A stretch of 52,850 nt of DNA from Dehalococcoidia bacterium. Its GTDB lineage: Bacteria > Chloroflexota > Dehalococcoidia > Lucifugimonadales > Lucifugimonadaceae. The notes under the pieces are model-generated. The model was not told the origin of the DNA and searched no databases. It saw nothing but the letters and a program-made list of their open reading frames with translations. The stretch spans positions 1 to 52,850 of the forward strand of contig JANQIZ010000040.1 in assembly GCA_028281895.1 (NCBI GenBank), read 5' to 3'. The translations under genes were made by a program, and so were the position numbers. How positions within the stretch are numbered: position 1 is the stretch's first letter; the number at the start of each line of letters is the position of its first letter. Of this stretch, positions 9,373-17,694 are shown one piece after another.

Positions 9373-9981
9373 ATGCGTAAACGTTTGATACTAGCGACGC
9401 GGAATGCAGGAAAGATTCGAGAGTTTAGGCGGCTTCTGGGCTCCACAGGTGTCGAGCTGGTGGGACTCGACGAGACCGATGTTTCCGAGACTGTAGATGA
9501 AACCGGATCAACTTTCGAGGCTAACGCCCGCCTGAAGGCCGAGGGCTATTCGAAGCTGACGGGCGAAGTCGTTCTCGCCGATGACTCAGGGCTTGAGGTC
9601 GATGTGCTGGATGGCCGGCCGGGTGTGCTGTCTGCCCGCTACGGCGGACCGGACCTGAGTGACGAGCAGCGGGTTCAGAAGCTGCTGGGTGAGCTGATAG
9701 ATGTTCGCGGATGGAAGCGCACGGCCCGGTTCAGGGCGGTTCTTGCGCTGGCAGGGCCGGGCGTGCCGGGCGGAGTGATAGTCGAAGAGGGCGCTGTTGA
9801 AGGCGCGATAGCGCATCAGCCCATTGGAGAGAACGGTTTTGGCTATGACCCGGTGTTCTGGCTGGCGTCGCATGCGAAGACGACCGCAGAGCTTTCAGGC
9901 GAAGAGAAGGACGCGGTGAGTCACAGGGGCGCGGCGATGCAGAAGATGCTTCCGCACATAGAGCAATGGGCGGGCGAGTAG
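9373..9981 (+). CDS. rdgB: non-canonical purine NTP pyrophosphatase (dITP/XTP pyrophosphatase, RdgB/HAM1)
   Basis: LATRNAGKIREF N-terminus, then FGYDPVF and the SHRG motif. Confidence 0.9.
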   Translation: MRKRLILATRNAGKIREFRRLLGSTGVELVGLDETDVSETVDETGSTFEANARLKAEGYSKLTGEVVLADDSGLEVDVLDGRPGVLSARYGGPDLSDEQRVQKLLGELIDVRGWKRTARFRAVLALAGPGVPGGVIVEEGAVEGAIAHQPIGENGFGYDPVFWLASHAKTTAELSGEEKDAVSHRGAAMQKMLPHIEQWAGE

Positions 9982-9987
9982 GGTGGC

Positions 9988-10311
9988 CTAATCCAGGTGA
10001 AAGACCTCTTCGAGTTCGATCATGTTCTGATCTGCGAATGAGCCTTCTGGAATCTCGAAGTACGGAGCCATTAGCTCCTGCCACTTCGTGTTGATCTCCT
10101 CTCCAGCCATGCCATCGAGCGACGCCTGGAACGAATCGGCAACCTCGACGTAGCCGAACATCAGGCCGTCAGGTCGCATGAATAGCGAGTAGTTGCCCCA
10201 GCCGTGCCTGCGGAGGGCGTCGAGCATCTCTGGCCAGACCTTCCGATGCCACTCCTTATATTCGGGAATGACCTCTTGCCTGACCTTCATCTGAAATCCA
10301 ACTCGTTTCAT
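9988..10311 (-). CDS. L-rhamnose mutarotase-like (RhaM/DUF718) protein, paralogue 1
   Basis: From the internal ATG the product reads MKRVGFQMKV...EYKEWHRKVWPEMLDALRRHGWGNYSLF, the typical RhaM pattern at about 107 aa family length. The longer track ORF (to 10416) adds an unlikely Cys/Pro/Arg-rich leader. Confidence 0.75.
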   Translation of the reverse strand: MKRVGFQMKVRQEVIPEYKEWHRKVWPEMLDALRRHGWGNYSLFMRPDGLMFGYVEVADSFQASLDGMAGEEINTKWQELMAPYFEIPEGSFADQNMIELEEVFHLD

Positions 10312-10333
10312 TTCTTTCTCCTGTTTCTTTTTT

Positions 10334-10507
10334 CCGTTGGGTGAGAGGTGGACAGTGCGGATGGCAGCTTGCTGCAAGCCAGAAGTGCGGCATGGTGGAC
10401 AGTTCACTGTGCGCAAAGGTTATACAGCGTCTGGCAAGACGGCTTATCGTGCCGCCAGTAAGATAGCGATCTCAAGCCATCCGCGCTGTCCACCTCTCAC
10501 CCAACGG
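10334..10507. repeat. 31-bp inverted repeat (arms 10334-10364 and 10477-10507) in the divergent RhaM-like intergenic region
   Basis: Arm 1 is CCGTTGGGTGAGAGGTGGACAGTGCGGATGG. The reverse complement of arm 2 is identical except for one base. Each arm sits just upstream of the purine-rich RBS of one of the two divergent genes. Confidence 0.9.
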
Positions 10508-10516
10508 GAGAAAAAC

Positions 10517-10858
10517 ATGAAGAGCTTTGCGCAGGTTCTTGACCTGAAGAACGACCCCGAGATCATCGAGAAGTACGAGGAGTACCACCGCAATGTCTGG
10601 CCCGAAGTGATCGAGGCTCTGAAGGGCATCGGCATTGAGCGAATGGAGATCTTCCGCGTAGGAAACCACCTCTTCATGTACTACACCGCGCCGGACGACT
10701 TCGATCCTGCGCGGGATTTCCAGGGCTATACGGAAAAGGCGCCGCGGGCCGAAGAGTGGAACGACCTGATGATGACCTATCAGCAGAAGGTGCCGGAGGC
10801 AGGTCCGGACGACTGGTGGACTTCCGGCAAGCTGGTGTTCGATTCCGAGTGGTTCTAG
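10517..10858 (+). CDS. L-rhamnose mutarotase-like (RhaM/DUF718) protein, paralogue 2
   Basis: Internal ATG preceded by GGGAGAAAAAC. The product MKSFAQVLDLKNDPEIIEKYEEYHRNVWPEV...HLFMYY fits the mutarotase-like dimeric alpha/beta-barrel family. Confidence 0.7.
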   Translation: MKSFAQVLDLKNDPEIIEKYEEYHRNVWPEVIEALKGIGIERMEIFRVGNHLFMYYTAPDDFDPARDFQGYTEKAPRAEEWNDLMMTYQQKVPEAGPDDWWTSGKLVFDSEWF

Positions 10859-10889
10859 ATAGGTCAGAAGCCTCGCGTGCGCGTGCCGC

Positions 10890-10917
10890 TTCAAGCGCCG
10901 GCTCTCTCCCTTATAAT
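10890..10917 (+). promoter_or_regulatory. candidate sigma70-type promoter for the DUF1800 operon
   Basis: Perfect TATAAT at 10912-10917, with a weak -35 (TTCAAG) 16 nt upstream. It lies about 100 nt before the 11019 ATG. Confidence 0.3.
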
Positions 10918-11018
10918 CCGGCCACCCTGATTCAGTGCACGAACTCAAGGGCGCCGCTACTCGGCTGCCGGGCCAACCACCCGCCGCATGCCGAGCGCGA
11001 GCCCGCCGGAGCCGGCCC

Positions 11019-12473
11019 ATGGTCACCAGTTCCTCCGTCAGTCAGACCCAGCTCATCTCCCACCTGCTCAGGCGCGCAGGCTTCGGCGGCACCCGTGAGG
11101 AGATCGACAGCTTCGTCAAGATAGGATATGAAGCGACCGTCGATCACCTGCTCGATCCACCGACAGTCGAGTCGATGCCGCAGGACATCATCCGCCGGTA
11201 TCACGTCGATCAATCGGACCTGAGGATTCAGCCAGCGACGGGGTCCAACTGGATCTACCGGATGGTCACCACTACAGCGCCGTTGCAGGAGAAGATCGCC
11301 CTCTTCTGGCATCGAGTCTTCGCCACGGGACAGACCAAGCTCATCCAGGGCAAGGTGATCATGACCCAGCTCCAGATGTTCCGGGATCTTGGGCTTGGCA
11401 ACTACAGGGATCTGCTGCTTGGGCTCTCTCGCGATCCTGCGATGCTGATGTGGCTAGATAACCAGGACAACCACAACGGCGCGATCAACGAGAACTATGG
11501 CAGGGAGATACTTGAGCTGTTCTCGATGGGTGTCGGTAACTACACCGAAAAGGACATCTACGAGTGTTCACGTGCCTTCACCGGATGGACCATCGCCAAC
11601 GAGCCGTACAACGCTCAGAAGATGCGGAACAACACGGCCCGGCCTTACGGCTACATCGGCTGGCAGTTCCGATACGACGACTCCGATCACGATCATGGTG
11701 ATAAAGAGTTCCTTGGCGAGAAGGGTGATCTCAACGGCGAAGACATAGTCGACATTATCTGCAAGCAGCGTGCCACTGCCCGCTTCATCGCCCGCCACCT
11801 GTATCACGCCTTTGTCTCCGACGAGCTTCCGGTTCCGCAGTGGCCTCACATCGGCCCGCGCGATCCCGAGGCGATCGAGATCATGGCCGATGCCTACTTC
11901 AAGTCTGGCTACAGCATTGGCGAGATGCTGCGAGCGACCTTCAATTCAGACTTCTTCAAGGCCGAGGCTGCGCGAAACGCCAGGATCAAGAGTCCTGTCG
12001 AAGTGGTTGTTGGCTCTCTTCGATTGGCCGGCGGGTATGAGTGGCCGACATGGGATGTGTATGACGCCAACGCCTCTTGCGGCTTTATGGGTCAGTCGCT
12101 GCTCGCTCCGCCTTCTGTGGAGGGCTGGCAAGGCGGCGAGGACTGGGTTAGCACGGGATCGATGATGCAGCGGGTCAACTACGCCTCGAAGGTGCTTGGC
12201 GATGCCGAGCGGCCCGGGGTGCGGACGATGGTCGAAGAGCTTTCAAGAGAAGTGAAGCCAGGCAATGCGGCGGCTCTTGTGGATGCCTGTCTTGAGAGGC
12301 TCGGCTACCTGGAGCTGGAGGCCGCGACACGCCAGGAGATTGTCGATTTCGCCGCAGACCAGGTCGGCGGATTGAGCGGATCGGCAGGCGAATCAAAGAA
12401 CTTTGCCGCAGAACGGGTTGTCGTTTCGATACTGCAGCTTGCAGTGGCCACGCGCGAATTCCAGATGGCTTAA
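11019..12473 (+). CDS. DUF1800 domain-containing protein
   Basis: HLLRRAGFGGT N-terminal motif, then LQEKIALFWHRVFAT, DPAMLMWLDN and NENYGREILELFSMGVGNYTEKD, as in the DUF1800 family. No signal peptide at either candidate start. Confidence 0.85.
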   Translation: MVTSSSVSQTQLISHLLRRAGFGGTREEIDSFVKIGYEATVDHLLDPPTVESMPQDIIRRYHVDQSDLRIQPATGSNWIYRMVTTTAPLQEKIALFWHRVFATGQTKLIQGKVIMTQLQMFRDLGLGNYRDLLLGLSRDPAMLMWLDNQDNHNGAINENYGREILELFSMGVGNYTEKDIYECSRAFTGWTIANEPYNAQKMRNNTARPYGYIGWQFRYDDSDHDHGDKEFLGEKGDLNGEDIVDIICKQRATARFIARHLYHAFVSDELPVPQWPHIGPRDPEAIEIMADAYFKSGYSIGEMLRATFNSDFFKAEAARNARIKSPVEVVVGSLRLAGGYEWPTWDVYDANASCGFMGQSLLAPPSVEGWQGGEDWVSTGSMMQRVNYASKVLGDAERPGVRTMVEELSREVKPGNAAALVDACLERLGYLELEAATRQEIVDFAADQVGGLSGSAGESKNFAAERVVVSILQLAVATREFQMA

Positions 12474-12522
12474 TTGTCCAATCGGCAGCTTCTTCAGACT
12501 GCCCGCATTTGAAGAGATCGAA

Positions 12523-13542
12523 ATGACCACATCAGCCAGTTCAAGCATCGATATCAAGTACCTGACCACTGTCGGGTTCACAGCTGACTTCGGTGGTCGC
12601 GGATTCCATCTGCCAACAGATCTCGCCGTACGCTCGGATGGCCATGTGTTCGTGATGAGCCGGAGTTCGCATACGGCCACGCCCGGTCTGCGCATCGGCG
12701 AGTGCGATATTGACCATGAGTTCTACGGAGAATTCGGCAGTCATGGCCGTGGTGAGGGCCAGTTCATCCGGCCGTCTGCGCTGGCAGTCGATTCCAGGAA
12801 TCACCTGTTTGCGGCGGACGATGAGCTGAATCGCATCACGGAGTTCGATGCGAAGAACAATCTCGTCCAGACCTGGGGCGTCACTGGCGATGCGCCAGGC
12901 CAGCTCAACGGCCCGAGCGGGTTGGCGTTCGACCGTGAAGGCCACCTGCTCGTGGTTGATCACATGAACCACAGGGTTCAGAAGTTCACCTCGAACGGCG
13001 AGTACATCACCCAGTTCGGATCGCAGGGCCATCGTCGAGGCCAGTTCAACTACCCGTGGGGAATCTGCATCGGCCCTGACGGCCGCGTCTATGTCGCAGA
13101 CTGGCGCAACGACAGGATCCAGTGCTTCGCGCCAGACGGCGAGTTCGTGTGTTTGTTCGGAGAGTCAGGCAATGGCGAAGGCCAGTTCAATCGTCCGTCA
13201 GATGTGGCGGTCGGGCCAGACGGTTTCATCTATGTTGCCGACTGGATGAACCAGCGCGTCCAGGTTTTCGATTCGGAGTGGCGGTTCCAGCAAAGTCTCA
13301 GGGGGCAGGCCACGCTCTCCCCTTGGGCCACGGAATACCTTGCCGCAAACGCTGATGAGCAGCGCGCCCGGGAGTCGTTCCAGCCAGTGATCGAAGTCGA
13401 TACCGATGATCCACACGAGGTTTCGGCGCGGATCGAGTCCTACTTCTGGGATCCTGTTGCTATCGAGGTGGACGAAGAGGGAAGACTGTACGTACTCGAG
13501 ACGAACCGCCACCGCTTCCAGGTATACGAGACGAGGAGCTAG
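12523..13542 (+). CDS. NHL-repeat beta-propeller protein
   Basis: About six repeats of the G(E/R)GQF(N/I)xPxG(V/L)AVDxxGxxxVADxxNxRVQxF type. ATG at 12523. No signal peptide. Confidence 0.85.
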   Translation: MTTSASSSIDIKYLTTVGFTADFGGRGFHLPTDLAVRSDGHVFVMSRSSHTATPGLRIGECDIDHEFYGEFGSHGRGEGQFIRPSALAVDSRNHLFAADDELNRITEFDAKNNLVQTWGVTGDAPGQLNGPSGLAFDREGHLLVVDHMNHRVQKFTSNGEYITQFGSQGHRRGQFNYPWGICIGPDGRVYVADWRNDRIQCFAPDGEFVCLFGESGNGEGQFNRPSDVAVGPDGFIYVADWMNQRVQVFDSEWRFQQSLRGQATLSPWATEYLAANADEQRARESFQPVIEVDTDDPHEVSARIESYFWDPVAIEVDEEGRLYVLETNRHRFQVYETRS

Positions 13543-13545
13543 CTG

Positions 13546-14685
13546 ATGGCCGAAAAGCGAGACAAAGTGCTGGTCGTCATCCAGCTTTCGGGTGGCAACG
13601 ACTATCTGAACTGCGTGGTTCCTTATGAGAACGGGCACTACAAGGACGCGCGCCCGAATCTGAAAATCACTGATGACCGGGTTATTCCGCTCGACAACGG
13701 ACTTGGCCTCAATCCCGGAATGGGGCCGGTGAAGGACCTGTACGACCGCGGCAAGGTGGCCATCATGCACGGCATTGGCTACCCGGAGCCGAACCGATCT
13801 CACTTCAGGTCGATGGACATCTGGCACACTGCTGAGCCGACGAAGGTCGGAGACAAGGGCTGGCTGGGGCAGGCGGTGCAGGAGCTCGATCCGAATGGCG
13901 AGAACGTCGTCACCGCGGTGAATTTTTCAAACGGACTGCCTCGTGCGCTTGCTGCGCCCGGAGTCCCTGTGGCATCGGTAGGCGACCTGAACAACTACGG
14001 ACTGCTCACCGGCATTGATGGCCAGCAGCAGAGAGAGAAGGCGCTCTCCACCTTCAATCGAATCTACTCACCTGCGATCGGCAGCGGCGCTGTCATGGAT
14101 TACCTCGGCAAGACGGGACAGGACGCGCTGCGAGGCGCGGAGATCCTCTCGACTGCGCCGGGCAAGTACCACTCGAACGTCGAATACCCGGATAACCCGT
14201 TTGCCAGCAGCCTGAAGGGCGTTGCGCAGGTTCACATGGCAGACCTTGGAACCCGTGTCTTCTATACGCAGTATGGAAGCTTTGATACTCATGCCGACGA
14301 GGTGAAGACGCAGGAGCGACTCTGGCATCACATCTCGGACTCGCTTGCTGCGTTCTACCAGGACCTTGAGGAGGCTGGCCGTAGCGAAGAGGTGATGGTT
14401 CTGATGTTCTCTGAGTTCGGCCGCCGCGTGAAGGACAACGGCACAGGCACGGATCACGGCTCAGGAGGCGTCTCGTTCCTGGTTGGTGACCAGGTCAAGG
14501 GCGGGCACTACAACGAGTATCCGGAGATCGAAACCTCAGCGCTGGTTGAGGGCGATCTGCGTTTCAATAACGACTTCCGTGGTCTGTACACGGACATCCT
14601 GGAGGACTGGCTTTCGGTGGATGCCAAGCCGATTGTCCAGGGCCAGTACGAGAAGAATCGTCCGTTTGTAGGCAGCACGAACTAG
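13546..14685 (+). CDS. DUF1501 domain-containing protein (sulfatase/alkaline-phosphatase-like fold)
   Basis: VLVVIQLSGGNDYLN, RSHF, GWLGQ, FDTH and SEFGRRVKDNGTGTDHGSGG are the hallmark DUF1501 blocks. GAGGAG RBS. The start lies 3 nt after the NHL gene stop. No Tat or Sec signal. Confidence 0.9.
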   Translation: MAEKRDKVLVVIQLSGGNDYLNCVVPYENGHYKDARPNLKITDDRVIPLDNGLGLNPGMGPVKDLYDRGKVAIMHGIGYPEPNRSHFRSMDIWHTAEPTKVGDKGWLGQAVQELDPNGENVVTAVNFSNGLPRALAAPGVPVASVGDLNNYGLLTGIDGQQQREKALSTFNRIYSPAIGSGAVMDYLGKTGQDALRGAEILSTAPGKYHSNVEYPDNPFASSLKGVAQVHMADLGTRVFYTQYGSFDTHADEVKTQERLWHHISDSLAAFYQDLEEAGRSEEVMVLMFSEFGRRVKDNGTGTDHGSGGVSFLVGDQVKGGHYNEYPEIETSALVEGDLRFNNDFRGLYTDILEDWLSVDAKPIVQGQYEKNRPFVGSTN

Positions 14686-14757
14686 ACCGAGCGACGCAGA
14701 GCCGGTGGCCAGCTGGCGGGTGATGGGCGCGAGCCTGTGGGCTGTTGATGCGAAGTT

Positions 14758-15330
14758 GTGCGGACTGCGAGGCGCGAGTTGGGCTTGTTCACATCCCGCC
14801 GCGAAGGAATACTGTGGCTGCTGGCGCTGGTCGTCATCGCAGGGATCTACTCGACACTCTGGCTGGCCGGCACTCTCGTTGACGAGCTGAGCAGGCGAGA
14901 CCTTGTAGATGCAGCCTTCGTGGTCGCATTCATGGGACTGCTGGCAGCCACGATCCTGAGCGGACTGCGCCAGATGCCCGGTCTTCGGCAGATATGGATC
15001 TCTATGGGTGTGGCCAGCGTCTATGCGATGGTCTTGCTCCGGACCGGAATACCCGATGAGCGGACACATCTCTTCGAGTACAGCCTTGTGGCGGTGCTTG
15101 TGTACCGGGCGCTGATAGAGCGCAGCAGATCGAGCCGCGTTCCTGTGCCTGCGGTGATCGCTGTGCTTGGAACTGCCGCTGTCGGACTGATCGACGAGAG
15201 TGTTCAGGCTGTGATTCCCAGTCGTCACTTTGACTGGCGCGACATCGTATTCAACTGTCTTGCGGCGTTCATGGGCGTGGCTGCGAGTGTCGCCGTCTCA
15301 TGGGCAGAGCGCAGGCGGCCAGCACCATGA
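14758..15330 (+). CDS. VanZ-like membrane protein
   Basis: Four to five TM helices and a C-terminal DESVQAVIPSRHFDWRDIVFNCLAAFMGV motif resembling VanZ family DExxQxxxPxRxxxxxDxxxNxxG. The start (GTG) is uncertain. Confidence 0.55.
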   Translation: MRTARRELGLFTSRREGILWLLALVVIAGIYSTLWLAGTLVDELSRRDLVDAAFVVAFMGLLAATILSGLRQMPGLRQIWISMGVASVYAMVLLRTGIPDERTHLFEYSLVAVLVYRALIERSRSSRVPVPAVIAVLGTAAVGLIDESVQAVIPSRHFDWRDIVFNCLAAFMGVAASVAVSWAERRRPAP

Positions 15331-15375
15331 CCATTGGACATTGGTGAGGCTGTGTTTGCCAACTAGAATGGGCGA

Positions 15376-15660
15376 ATGACTACTGGCACGCAGACGCAGG
15401 AGATGCAGCACACGCTCCTGCAGCACATCCCGCACTACGCGGTGATCCTGCACAACGATGAGGTTAATTCCATGGACTTCGTCGTGGAGTCGCTTCTGAA
15501 AAGCGTGCCAAGCCTCTCGCAGCCTGAGGCGATAGACATCATGCTCGAAACACACGAGAAGGGCCGTTGCGTCGTGATCGTCTGTCCGCTTGAGCAGGCC
15601 GAGCACTATCGCGATCGCATCCGCTCATTCAAGCTCGGCTGCACCGTCGAAAAGGCTTAG
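15376..15660 (+). CDS. clpS: ATP-dependent Clp protease adaptor ClpS
   Basis: YAVILHNDEVNSMDFVVESLLKSV...EAIDIMLETHEKGRCVV is the canonical ClpS core. Confidence 0.9.
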   Translation: MTTGTQTQEMQHTLLQHIPHYAVILHNDEVNSMDFVVESLLKSVPSLSQPEAIDIMLETHEKGRCVVIVCPLEQAEHYRDRIRSFKLGCTVEKA

Positions 15661-15678
15661 ATCTTCAGCCTTTTCTTT

Positions 15679-15698
15679 GGCAAGATCGATGTCTTGCC
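15679..15698. terminator. short hairpin between convergent clpS and the 416-aa ORF
   Basis: GGCAAGA-tcgatg-TCTTGCC, a 7-bp stem preceded by a T-rich stretch. Confidence 0.35.
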
Positions 15699-15703
15699 GA
15701 TTC

Positions 15704-16954
15704 TTAGCTTCCCACGCCAAGCGAAGACAGGTTTCGCCTCTTCACCCCTGCGACGGGCAAGTCGTTGTTCGTGAACTGGAAGTCGTCGACGGTTGTGGTC
15801 AGGTTTCGAGTAGGCGCTCCATAGATGCCGCCGTAGCCGCTGCCGGTGATGGCATCGATCTCGGTATCTGTATGCGAAATATCCGGTGTGCCAGGTTCGG
15901 TGCCAGACCAGATCTTGCCGTCCATCGCAGGATCCCCAGAGCCATCGTTTTCGATGACCAGCCGCATATCGTGGGGGGCGGCCACAGAGCCGCGGGATGA
16001 TGTGGCGATCTGGGTGCGGGTCTCATCGATGATCTTGAACAGGCGAGTGTCATCACCGTACTGAGCCCTGTTCTGGAGGTAATAGAACGTGTCGTGTCCG
16101 CTGCCGACTTCGATTCTTACTGCAGGCCCGTCCATTTCGCTGCGCGCCGCATAGTGCGCCGTCACATTCATGTCGATCGCCGTCTCGCCGTTGTAGGCGA
16201 AGGTGTAGCCAATCCTCTTTAGGGCTCCGCCGCTGGGTCCCGCGTACTCTCCCTGGTTGGAGGCGTTGATATCGATGGTTACCGCAACAGGCTTGGTGCC
16301 CAGCAGGTCCAGAGTATCGAGCTCCGTGTTGGTCCAGTGAGACGGCCACGGATCGCCGTCACTTCCGGTCCAGGTCTCGGTGAACGTGCCTGAACGCTGC
16401 GAAGTCTTCTGCCGGACGACCTGGTCAGGCATGAACCTCGCAAGCATGGCTGGCATGCTGGATCTCGGCACCTTCCGGTGTACAGCAAGGGCTTGATCAA
16501 AGTGCGACGCGAACTCGCGTGCTCTGGGGTGACGGCCGGCCTCAACCCACGCCCAGGCCATCTTCAGTCCCGACCCGATTGCGATGGTCTCGGGCACACT
16601 CATGTGGTCGGCGACATACGCTGGAGGGCCGCTGACGACAATGATGCGGCCTGCGTTGTCTATGGAGTGGACGGAGTTGGTCTGCCGGTACGAGGAATCG
16701 AGCTTCCACTCCTCCTGAATGCGGTTGAAGTCGGCAGGCCATGTGCGCGTGCCTGAAGGATCGATGTCCCATGGAGTCCAGAAGTAGCGTGTGACAGTTG
16801 TGGCGGCCCGCGTTGGCTGTGGACTCGATGAAGGATCGAGCCCAGACGGATTTCTTCTTGTTCCCAAGTTGCGCCCCTTAGCCAATGCGTTGCTCTCAAG
16901 TGGCAGATAGCAGACGATCACATAGATAGATCGCCGGTAGATCGACACCACCAC
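15704..16954 (-). CDS. hypothetical protein; C-terminal half resembles a concanavalin/LamG-like jelly roll
   Basis: Long ORF with no competing long frame. No recognisable family for the N-terminal ~200 aa. The C-terminal half (TETWTGSDGDPWPSHWT...FYYLQNRAQYGDDTRLFKIID...MRLVIENDG...GKIWSGTEPGTP) follows the pattern of lectin-like or phage minor-tail-like beta-sandwich domains. The start (GTG at 16954) is uncertain. Confidence 0.5.
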   Translation of the reverse strand: MVVSIYRRSIYVIVCYLPLESNALAKGRNLGTRRNPSGLDPSSSPQPTRAATTVTRYFWTPWDIDPSGTRTWPADFNRIQEEWKLDSSYRQTNSVHSIDNAGRIIVVSGPPAYVADHMSVPETIAIGSGLKMAWAWVEAGRHPRAREFASHFDQALAVHRKVPRSSMPAMLARFMPDQVVRQKTSQRSGTFTETWTGSDGDPWPSHWTNTELDTLDLLGTKPVAVTIDINASNQGEYAGPSGGALKRIGYTFAYNGETAIDMNVTAHYAARSEMDGPAVRIEVGSGHDTFYYLQNRAQYGDDTRLFKIIDETRTQIATSSRGSVAAPHDMRLVIENDGSGDPAMDGKIWSGTEPGTPDISHTDTEIDAITGSGYGGIYGAPTRNLTTTVDDFQFTNNDLPVAGVKRRNLSSLGVGS

Positions 16955-17094
16955 AGAAGAGGCTATTCGAGGCCGGTCTGAGTTACACGGCCGTGATGTC
17001 AGGGAGCCAGTTGGAAGCTGGGATTGGCGGCGTGCGGTGCCGCGGCGACAGTGACAGGGCGTGGGTGAAACCGCGGCTGACTGCTGTGTTGGAG

Positions 17095-17170
17095 TGGTAC
17101 CCCTGGCAGGACTCGAACCTGCGACACGCGGTTTAGGAAACCGCTGCTCTATCCTCTGAGCTACAGGGGC
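17095..17170 (-). tRNA. tRNA-Arg (anticodon CCU), CCA encoded
   Basis: Reverse complement GCCCCTG TA GCTC AGAGGATA GAGC A GCGGT TTCCTAA ACCGC GTGTC GCAGG TTCGAGT CCTGC CAGGGGT A CCA folds as a 76-nt cloverleaf with a G1:U72 pair. Confidence 0.9.
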
Positions 17171-17298
17171 ACGATGCTGAACTGGATTCAGGTCAACTCT
17201 CGAAGGATATCTCTCGGCCCGTACGTGCGCCAGCTTACAAGCCAGTCCCCGATTTCACTCTTCTCCAGTCTTGAACTCCGGGGCCAATCACAGAGCGC

Positions 17299-17535
17299 TC
17301 AAGAGAAGTCCTGTCCTGCAGCGAACTGCGCGATGTAGCCGCAGTTGTTGCAGACCACCGGCACGACCTTTACCTCGCCAACGCCACCGCTGACCTGCTG
17401 CGTGATCGTTCCGTCGAGGATTGTCCACTCACTGGATGTGCATACAGGGCAGTCGAATGAGCCTCGGTCACTGGTCTCTCTGACGGCGGCAAGCAGCCTG
17501 TCAAGGAATGCGCCTGAGTCGAATTCTTCCGCCAC
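17299..17535 (-). CDS. small zinc-ribbon protein (hypothetical)
   Basis: CPVC...(34 aa)...CNNC four-Cys arrangement in a 78-aa product. GTG start. Confidence 0.5.
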   Translation of the reverse strand: MAEEFDSGAFLDRLLAAVRETSDRGSFDCPVCTSSEWTILDGTITQQVSGGVGEVKVVPVVCNNCGYIAQFAAGQDFS

Positions 17536-17694
17536 GGCTGCCCGCTTTCGAAGCCAGTGATGAGTCCGGAGTCACGCGGCCAATGTTAGACGGGAACGAG
17601 GCGCGATGCGGCGGGAGACCGAGACTGGCGAGGGCGGCGCGAGTCACAAGAACCTGCCATGCTGAAGGCCACTCGACTCAAGTAAGTTTCTGTG

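Noticed and set aside
10312-10416. 5' extensions of track ORFs. Examples: 9988-10416, 10337-10858, 10935-12473, 12403-13542, 25844-26782, 29925-30974, 41310-43049, 19447-19938.
   Set aside because: The extensions overlap upstream genes or the inverted-repeat region and encode Arg/Pro/Cys-rich non-family sequence. Internal ATG/GTG starts give canonical family N-termini and sensible spacing.
17095-17170. tRNA-Arg as the attachment site of an integrated element or prophage.
   Set aside because: There is no integrase or recombinase in the window. I found no direct repeat of the tRNA 3' segment (GGTTCGAGTCCTGCCAGGGGTACCA) in the 15.6-20.1 kb flanks. I keep it only as a weak hypothesis under the ORFan finding.
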